DNA of 64,000 nt from Candidatus Latescibacterota bacterium (GTDB taxonomy: Bacteria > Latescibacterota > UBA2968), in contig OZ240241.1 in the NCBI GenBank assembly GCA_965198115.1, positions 64,001 to 128,000 of the forward strand. The letters are read 5' to 3'. A model generated the notes under the pieces. That model ran no database searches. It worked only from the letters and a program-made list of their open reading frames with translations, and was not told the DNA's origin. The position numbers were made by a program, and so were the translations under genes. Numbering within the stretch: the first letter of the stretch is position 1; each line of letters opens with the position of its first letter. Below, one piece after another: positions 56,356 to 64,000 of this stretch.

Positions 56356-56854
56356 TGGCAAAGTTATTTTGTCTCCTGCTGAGGGAAGAAACTCGTGAGA
56401 GAGATAGCTGCTTTGGGTGATCGGAATATCAGTATATTTATTATGTGAAGGGTCGACAATACAAGGACGCCGACTAGAGACGGCGCCGTAGCAAAGGGGC
56501 TCCCCGAATTCAGTAACAACCTTCAGAGATAAGTGCTCCGGAGGACGGTGCAGTAGATCTTCGAGTAGTAAGGCAGAACGGCAAGCCTCGCACAGCAGAT
56601 CATTCGGACGACACTGTGAGAGTCAGGAATTTCAATGGTAACGAGGTCCTTGATCTGATCAAAGCTCCGTCATTTGGCACCATGGATGCCAGGAGGCATT
56701 TCTCAGACTTCGAATGGGCACATCACCGTTAACATTAACAAAAGAGTAATTATAAATGTCGAAAATTTACGTAGTGTTTCGTGAAAACGATTTAAGTTGG
56801 CAAAGTTATTTTGTTTCCTGCCTGAGGGAAAAACTCGTGAGAGGATAGCTGCTT
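56356..56854 (+). repeat. Pair of ~58-bp imperfect direct repeats
   Basis: TGGCAAAGTTATTTTGT..CCTG..GAGGGAA..AACTCGTGAGAG..ATAGCTGCTTT at 56356-56414 and 56798-56854. Confidence 0.75.
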
Positions 56855-56985
56855 TTTAGACTTTTGTGATTCTTTCTACGTTGGAATCACCCATATTTTA
56901 GGGTCGGAAAGACCGGGACCACAACAAGGGTCACCGATAACTCGCTGTTTACCATTCATTTAGTAAACGTCGGGAAAAAATCGAA

Positions 56986-58275
56986 ATGCGCACCATCACC
57001 ATCGTTCTAGCCGGATGCCTGATTCTGAGTCTCTCTTCGACGGCGCAGGCTCAGACCCGGCCCGGCAACCCGATTCACGATTTCACGCTGCAGGATTTAA
57101 ACGGGAACAACCACCGCCCGAATCAATACAGCGGTCAGGTCCTTCTCCTCTTCCTCCTCGGCCACAACTGAGGCCTCTGTCGGGCGGCGGCGCCGCTCGT
57201 GCAGCGGGAGGTCGTAGATGTGCATCGGGGCAAGCCGGTACAGATGCTCGGCGTCGACCTGTGGAACGGTTCGCAGTCGCAGCTGTCCCTGTTCCGTTCA
57301 GTGACGGGGGTCGACTTCCCGTTGCTGCAGAGAGCGGGAACGGGCGGAATCCCCTGGGGTCTGGGCGTTGAGAACATCGTCGTGGTCAACCAGGAAGGAA
57401 CCATCCACGACATCTTTGACATCTCGGATCGTCGCCGGCTCAACGAGGCGGTCGACTTCCTGCTGACACCCGTGCCTGCGCCGGTATCCCGGCTTAACCG
57501 ATCCTCGCTCGACTTCGGCTCAACCGGACTCGTCGGAACCGACATCAGCCTCGTCCTCACGGTCGAAAACACCGGTGACGCACTCCTCGAAGTCTCGAGC
57601 ATCACGTCGGACCACTCCGACATACGGTTCGATCAGAGCACGTTTACGGTCAACCCCGGGGACCGCGAAGACGTCACCGTCACCCTCTCCCCGACGGATG
57701 CAGGCTCGATCTCCGGTCGCGTCACGGTCACCACGAACGACCGCACCTGGACGCTACTCGTCGACCGGATCACCATCGAACGGCCGCTGCCGATGATCGC
57801 CCTACCGGCATCTATGCTCGACTTCGGTACGATCGAGGTTGGACGCGCCGACTCCCTGGGGCTGGAGATTCGGAACGATGGACCGGGTCCGCTGAACGTG
57901 ACGGACGTGCGGACGGACATTCCGGGCATCACATTCTCCGCCCGGGCCTTCACCGTAGCTGCAGGTGAGGTTTCCACGATCACCATCCTCGTGGACGCCC
58001 AAACCGAAGGCCTGATCAGTGGCATCGTCGAGATCATCAGCAACGACCCCGATATGATGAGCTCGACCGTCACGATCTCCGCGACGGCAGAGATCGACGT
58101 CGCAGATGCACGCGCAGACTTCGATGGCAGCGGCACGATCGATTTTACCGACTTCCTGGGCTTCGCGGTCGCCTTCGGCACATCCGATTCGGCCTACGAC
58201 ATCAACGAGAATGGGCAGGTCGATTTCGCAGACTTCCTGATCTTTGCACAGAATTTCGGGAGAATCGTAAACTAG
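56986..58275 (+). CDS. Secreted selenoprotein: AhpC/TSA(TlpA)-like UxxC domain, two ASH/Ig-like domains, EF-hand dockerin-like domain
   Basis: 56986..57171 and 57199..58275 are in one frame separated by a single TGA (57169) in HN-U-GLC. Signal peptide; DFTLQDLNG; LDFG..VENTGDALL; DFDGSGTIDFTDF..DINENGQVDFADF. Confidence 0.85.
57177..57204 (+). promoter_or_regulatory. Bacterial SECIS-like hairpin
   Basis: CTGT-CGGGCGGC-GGC-GCCGCTCG-T-GCAG immediately 3' of the in-frame TGA, with a G-containing apical loop. Confidence 0.65.
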
Positions 58276-58349
58276 CCTGAATCATGCATGAATTTGAGTT
58301 TAGGTTGTTTTGGAGTGATGTGACCGTCTCGGGAAACCGAAAGGAAGCC

Positions 58350-60173
58350 ATGAGAACCTTTGCCCTGTTTTGCCTGTTCATCCTGGGACATCCCAACGCC
58401 ACACATAGCCAGTTCCAGGTTGACAAGGAGGAAGTCAACCCCTGGTCGCATCTCGACTTCAAGCACGACCCGGACGACTTCCAATTCGTGATCATCACGG
58501 ATCACACCGGAGGGCATCGTCCCGGGATCTGGGCGAAGGCGATGAAACGGATCAACCTGCTTCAGCCGGAGTTCGTCGTTTCGGTCGGTGATATTATCGA
58601 AGGCTACACGGAGAATGTGGCGACGCTGGACGCGGAGTGGGCCGAAATGGAAGGGATGATCAATACACTGAACATGCCGTTCTTCTACGTCCCCGGGAAC
58701 CACGACATCTCGAACTCCACGATGCTCGAGGTCTGGAAGAAGCGATTCGGCAGGCACTACTTCCACTTCGTCTACAAGGATGTCCTCTTCCTCCTGATGG
58801 ACAGCGAAGACCCACCTGGAACGAATGTAAGTGAGGCACAGATTGCGTATATGGTGAGGGCCCTCGCCGACAATCCAGACGTGCGGTGGACGCTGCTTTT
58901 CATCCACAAGCCGATGTGGGTCTATTCCAACAAGAAGGAAACCTGGGATCGGATGGATGCGCTGCTCAAGGACCGACCGCACACGGCCTTTGCCGGACAC
59001 CGACATCGCTACATACAAAACACGCGTCTCACACGTGAATACTACACGCTCGCAACGACCGGCGGTGGGAGCAATCTCTCGGGCCTGGAAGCCGGAAAAT
59101 TCGACCACGTCGCGTGGGTAACGATCACCGACAAGGGTCCGCTCATCGCAAACCTGATGCTGGACGGCATTCAGCCGGGCGACCTGCGCACCGAATACAC
59201 CGCTTCACTGACCACTCCCCTGATCGCCAGACGCGCGATGCTGACCGGCCCTCTACTCTCGACCCGATCTACCTACAACGGTGACAGGACGACGATCCGC
59301 GTGCACAACCCAGGCGATCGGCCGCTCCACGCAGAGGCCGCTTTCGAAGTGCACGAAGACTTGCGGCCAACGCCGCGCTCGTTCAAAATGATGGTCGCTC
59401 CGGGCGAAACTGAGGTGATTCCCATTCAGGTTGGGATCGAACGAAAATCGAAGATCACCGACCTGGATCCGCTCTTCCTGGGATGGACGCTCCGGTATGA
59501 CCTGCCGGATCACGAGCCTCTACGAGTGGAGGGGAAAAGCCGTCTGCTACCGGAACGGATGATCAGGATCGATCAACGCAAGAAGCCGCCTACCGTCGAT
59601 GGTCTGCTCGAAGACTGGAAGAAGCTGCCACTGGGAGACGATCAGCCTGTTCAGATAAGCCAGTGGAGACGGACCTGGGATGGACCCGAGGACGGTAGTT
59701 TCCGGTTCACGGCCCTGGCGGACGAGAAGTATCTCTACGTCGCTGTTCGTACCCGCGACGACGAGGTCGTCAAGGGCGAGGACAAGCCAGGACGCCGTAA
59801 AGACGGCATTGTCATACACGTCGACGGTCAGTCAGAACCCGATCGGTCTGTAAGCCACGGGGCGCCCGAGGAGGGGCTGATTGTGTCGCTGCGGCCGGAT
59901 GAGGCATTCACAGGAGCCGAGAACAGAGGCTACGAATTCCCTGAAGGATTCACTGCCGTGTGCGTTTCGGGAGACGGCGGGATCACCGCAGAGATCGCCA
60001 TACCCGCGGAATACCTAAACGCGAAACAAGGTCGGCGCTGGGACACGGTTCGCTTGAACGTGTCCTTCTACGACTACGACAGTGGACACGGTCGCGGGTC
60101 GCATCTGTGGTGGCGGCCAGAATGGCGATCAGCACAATCCTACGCAGGATCTGGGACCTTCGTTCGGAAATAG
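58350..60173 (+). CDS. Exported calcineurin-like metallophosphoesterase with C-terminal CBM9/DOMON-like domain
   Basis: ITDHTG, VGDIIEG, PGNHD, FIHKP, AGHRH; PTVDGLLEDW..YLYVAV..DD..AEIAIP. Confidence 0.85.
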   Translation: MRTFALFCLFILGHPNATHSQFQVDKEEVNPWSHLDFKHDPDDFQFVIITDHTGGHRPGIWAKAMKRINLLQPEFVVSVGDIIEGYTENVATLDAEWAEMEGMINTLNMPFFYVPGNHDISNSTMLEVWKKRFGRHYFHFVYKDVLFLLMDSEDPPGTNVSEAQIAYMVRALADNPDVRWTLLFIHKPMWVYSNKKETWDRMDALLKDRPHTAFAGHRHRYIQNTRLTREYYTLATTGGGSNLSGLEAGKFDHVAWVTITDKGPLIANLMLDGIQPGDLRTEYTASLTTPLIARRAMLTGPLLSTRSTYNGDRTTIRVHNPGDRPLHAEAAFEVHEDLRPTPRSFKMMVAPGETEVIPIQVGIERKSKITDLDPLFLGWTLRYDLPDHEPLRVEGKSRLLPERMIRIDQRKKPPTVDGLLEDWKKLPLGDDQPVQISQWRRTWDGPEDGSFRFTALADEKYLYVAVRTRDDEVVKGEDKPGRRKDGIVIHVDGQSEPDRSVSHGAPEEGLIVSLRPDEAFTGAENRGYEFPEGFTAVCVSGDGGITAEIAIPAEYLNAKQGRRWDTVRLNVSFYDYDSGHGRGSHLWWRPEWRSAQSYAGSGTFVRK

Positions 60174-60313
60174 GACGGGAGTCGACGCACCTGCCGGCAT
60201 CAGCAACGAAGAACGGGCTACGTCAGTTCCTGATGACTCGTCCGTTCTCTGTGGTGTAGGTGCTCCACGTACGTTAGCCGTATCGTTGGACGCCCTCGCC
60301 AGTCGCGAACCAG

Positions 60314-61150
60314 GGTCAAGTCCTGAGAGTCCTGCAAAAAGCCACGCCGTGAACGTGGTCTCCTGAGCGTTAGGCGACCGCCTCCCAGTTCGATGGGAGA
60401 GCGAGTTCGCGTTCTTCGTAGAGCATTGTGAGCTGAAGATATTCGGTGGAGGTGATGCTGATGGCCTGCCACCTTGCCGCAGCTCGGATGAGGACAGCGT
60501 AGACGAGTTTGAGGCAGCTCTTCTCAGAGAAGAATCGGGGCAGCGTTTTGGTCCTGCGGCGCTCCTCGACGAAGCTGTGTTCGATCAGGTTGGTCCTGAG
60601 CCGCCAGGGGAGCTGGAGGTGTGCCAGCAGCGCGTCCAGGTCCTCGGTGAGGCACTTACACAGGCCCGGGAACTCTTTGCTGAACTTGGCCAGAAACTCG
60701 CGCACGGCCTTCTGTCCGGCCTCCAGATCCGGGGCGTCGCGGATCATCAACAGATACGGTTTGATCTCGTGCCAGCGGGACTGGGGAACCTTGCTGGCGA
60801 AGTTCCGCATCCGGTGCACCCAGCAGCGACCGCGCAGGCTCTTGGACCACATCTGATCGACGGCCTGAATGAGTCCGCCGGCACCGTCGGTGGTGATGAA
60901 CAGAGGTGTGGGCAAGCCGCGACGATCGAGGTCGCGAAGGAACTCGAGCCAGGCCTCGCCGCTCTCTTTGTTGCCCAAGGCCAGAGAGATCATACCTTCC
61001 GGCCGTCCAGGGTGATGCCAGGCGCACAGGATGGCTTCGCGGGTGATGCCGTGGGTGCGCAACGGTTCGTAGAGCCCGTCCAGAAACAGGCACAGGAGCG
61101 GAAGGTCACTGAGGTCACGGTTCTGGAAAGCCTCGTATTGTTCCCCAGAG
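60314..61150 (-). mobile_element. IS256-family type C 3' fragment
   Basis: TTDGAGGL, RCWVHRMRN, RTNLIE..F.E.RRR. Confidence 0.8.
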
Positions 61151-61267
61151 AACCTCGGTCACCTCGCTTGTGCTCACAACGACGACATATAGCCTTACGC
61201 AATGAATCTTTCCACGTCATAAATCCTCCTTACCGCGTCTGAACGCCCATCTGAGAGAGGGTAGTTC

Positions 61268-61576
61268 CTAACCAGGGGCGGCAGTAAGGACCCTGTAGAG
61301 CAGGCCAAAGATAGGAACGGCCAGCAGAACGATGAGCGGCCAAATCACCCGCCAGACCACCTTCTCCAGCGTGTCGATCCGCGAGTTGACTTCGGAAAAC
61401 CCTGCCTTCATCTCGGTCTTCATTTCGGTGATCTGGGCTCCGAGGACAGCAATGACGTTCTGGCTGGCTATTTGGCGGACTTCCTCGATGGCGGCATGGA
61501 CCACCTGGGGGTCCGGTTCGGGGCTGCTCAGAGCTTGAAAGAGCGCATCGGTAACGGGTTCAGCCGGGGTTGCCAT
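61268..61576 (-). CDS. Small coiled-coil protein with C-terminal TM helix
   Basis: AGGAG RBS; ITEMKTEMKAGFSEVNSRIDTLEK followed by a hydrophobic tail. Confidence 0.6.
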   Translation of the reverse strand: MATPAEPVTDALFQALSSPEPDPQVVHAAIEEVRQIASQNVIAVLGAQITEMKTEMKAGFSEVNSRIDTLEKVVWRVIWPLIVLLAVPIFGLLYRVLTAAPG

Positions 61577-61672
61577 CAAAAATCTCCTTGTTCAGGCAAT
61601 CGACCCGGATTACCTAGCCAACGCCCCGCAGAGAAACCAATCATGAACTGAAACTTTGGTGACGCTCCCTGA

Positions 61673-62080
61673 TCAGCACGTTTGGTCCTGTAACAGCGCG
61701 ACACCCTCAAGCCGTGCTGCCTTCTGATCGAACGTATACAGGGGGTGGGCTCCGGATCGTTCAGTTGCGGCCAGTATCATCAGGTCGGAAAATCCTGCGC
61801 TGCCTGTGCGGTAGCGGAAGGCCGCACGGGCCACATCGTCGGCTGCCTCAATCACGAGACCCTCGGTCGCCACCAGTTCTTCCAATACCGTCGCAATCTG
61901 GTCACGGGAGTAGCCGTAGGCGCGGTTCAGTACCCAGGCAAGCTCAACTGTAACCTCGCGGCAGACGTAGCCGGGAAGGTCAGCTGTGAGCGACTCCAGT
62001 AATGACCGGGCGGCCTCCGCCTGTTCGGTGTTGTCGCGTACCAGATAGCGGGCGAGGACGTTGGTATCGAGTGCGATCAT
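61673..62080 (-). CDS. vapC: VapC-family PIN toxin
   Basis: IALDTNVLAR, ELAWVL, GFSD, YTFD. Confidence 0.9.
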   Translation of the reverse strand: MIALDTNVLARYLVRDNTEQAEAARSLLESLTADLPGYVCREVTVELAWVLNRAYGYSRDQIATVLEELVATEGLVIEAADDVARAAFRYRTGSAGFSDLMILAATERSGAHPLYTFDQKAARLEGVALLQDQTC

Positions 62081-62310
62081 CCCTTACACGCCCCGTCGGC
62101 TATGGCCTGCTCCATTTCCTCCAATGTGACAGCGGGACCTTTATGCTGTAGCATGCCGAACAGTCGACTGATCGGGCGAACGGCCAGAATTCGCACCTCT
62201 CCGTTGGAAATAACGTAGCGCACCCGGTCCCCAGCCTGTACACCAAGCGTCTCACGCACAGGTTTGGGTAGTGTCGTCTGTCCCTTCTTGGTAATAGAGG
62301 ACTCGATCAT
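62077..62310 (-). CDS. AbrB/PrlF-type antitoxin
   Basis: ITKKGQTTLPKPVRETLGVQAGDRV; ATGA overlap with the toxin gene. Confidence 0.88.
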   Translation of the reverse strand: MIESSITKKGQTTLPKPVRETLGVQAGDRVRYVISNGEVRILAVRPISRLFGMLQHKGPAVTLEEMEQAIADGACKG

Positions 62311-62742
62311 GGTGACCCTCCAGTCTCCTTCCAACATGCAATAAGTGCTTACTTAAATCAATAAGGTAAGGCACTGTCGTAGTTAGCCACCCTGGGCTCT
62401 GAGTTTCCACTTGCCCCTGTGAGAGGCTCTTCGGAACCCTCGCTTTACAGCGCGCGGGCTATAATGCATGTCGGTTGTGTGAATTCTATAAGAAGTCATA
62501 TAGACATCAGATAGCAATCTCGCTCTTAATTGCTGAGGGTAGGGTAGACCGGGGGACCCTCTCTGCTGCGGTGCGCTCGCCTCAGACGAAAAAGGGAGGG
62601 GTGCCAACTCAACCCAAGGTTGTAACTCTAGCTGCTGGGTATTCACGTGGACTCTTGGATGGGTGAATTCTCACCTTGATTTCTGTAAGATGTCTATGCA
62701 ATGTCTTAAAGACATCAGTAACTTTCAACACGGACGACTCTA

Positions 62743-63018
62743 ATGATAATCACCGTTGGCGGCATCAAGGGCGGCTCAGGCAAATCCACTGTCGCCACTA
62801 ATCTGGTGGTACTGCGCTCTCTCGAAGGCAGAGATGTGCTGCTGATTGACGCTGACACCCAAACCACCTCATCCGATTTCAGCCTACAGCGCAACAACAA
62901 GACCAATGGCAACGCTGGCTTCACTTGCATCAATCTCGCGGGTCAGGCCGTGCGTACCGAAACCTTGCGCTTAGCGGACAAGTATCAAGACATCATTATC
63001 GACACCGGTGGGCGGGAC
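62743..63018 (+). pseudogene. parA: ParA-family ATPase, truncated by IS
   Basis: KGGSGKST, LLIDADTQ, IIIDTGG. Confidence 0.85.
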
Positions 63019-64000
63019 GGTGAGGTCCCTATCCTAGGAGCCTGTCGGAGTACCCAGCCGGAGGAAGATTTCGTATTGTAGAAGTGCGATCAAGGTTCCG
63101 ACTCTGAATTGGAGGTTTCCGTTGAGCACTTCTACTCGGTTTCGTGTCTACAATCCGGCTCAGTTGATGTTGCTGCCTCCGGATCTCCGGAGTTGGCTTC
63201 CCAAGGGTCATCCGACCTACTTCATTCTGGATATCGTCGGACAACTTGATTTGTCCGCGATCTACGAGACCTACGATGGGTCTCAAGGTGGCCAGCCACC
63301 GTTTGTTCATCGACGGAAAGAGCTTTGCCGACGAAGAGATCGTGATCGCTCCGGGCGTCACGACGGACGGCCAGAAGATCCCCCTGGGCTTCGTCGAATC
63401 GGCGACGGAGAACGAACGGATCTGCCGTCAGCTGATCCAGGATCTCATCCGGAGAGGCCTGTGCTACGACCAGGGCCTTCTCGTTGTGCTGGACGGCTCA
63501 AAGGGACTCCGCAGTGCCGTCACCAAAGCCCTCAAAGGGGATGTGTGCGTGCATCGCTGTCAGTGGCACAAGCGCGAGAACGTCGTCAGCTACCTCCCGG
63601 AGGCAGAACGTCCAAGAGTTCGACGGAAACTTCAGAAAGCCTATGACTGCGACACCTACGAGGAGGCAAAGGCCGCACTCGAATCACTCAAACCCGAACT
63701 CAAGCTGATGAATCAGTCTGCCGTGGCAAGCCTCGAGGAAGGACTGGAGGAAACCCTGACCCTCCACCGGCTGGGGATGCTCCCGTTCTTGAAGCGAAGC
63801 TTCCGAACCACCAATTGCATCGAGGCGCTCAACAGCATGACCGGCAACCTGATACGGAAGGTCAACCGCTGGAACAACTCTCCTCAGCGACACAGATGGG
63901 TCGCGGCCGCACTCCTCGACATCGAACCACGCCTGCGACGCGTGAGCGGATACAAACACCTCCCGCTGCTCAGGCAAGCACTGAAAAACAACCTGAATCT
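63019..64000 (+). mobile_element. IS256 type B end, IS1182 5' fragment (63038-63301) and IS256 type B internal part
   Basis: GGTGAGGTCCCTATCCTAG|GAGCCTGTCGGA; then FIDGKSF.., HRCQWHKRENV, SFRTTNCIE. Confidence 0.8.

Overview
GC-rich bacterial DNA. The gene content (PhyH expansion, cohesin and EF-hand dockerin-like exported proteins, PHP/amidohydrolases) resembles marine Latescibacterota-like genomes; this is inference only. 1-20.7 kb is a heavily IS-eroded island abutting the 3' end of tRNA-Val(GAC). It holds the tail of a putative RiPP-like cluster (TIGR04066/DUF1611-like protein, ACP, UPF0489 peptide-arginase-like protein, BtrH-like protein), defence debris (Mrr, HEPN, NucS/DUF4268), an attC-like site before a lectin-NDT fusion, a foldback element and nested IS200, ISNCY, IS256, IS630, IS1182, IS3 and ISL3 pieces. 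21-47 kb is mostly core-like: six tandem PhyH-type Fe/2OG enzymes that all lack the HxD/E carboxylate, two exported repeat-rich proteins sharing an unrecognised helical domain, tRNA-Phe, a Crp/hydrolase operon and a TonB-dependent receptor. 47-56 kb is phage-tail, GmrSD and IS debris. 57-60 kb encodes a secreted UxxC selenoprotein (UGA plus SECIS-like hairpin) with Ig-like and dockerin-like modules, which the ORF track splits in two, followed by a metallophosphoesterase. The window ends in a VapBC/ParA remnant. The many 1-2 nt indels and abrupt junctions suggest sequencing or assembly error as well as real decay.
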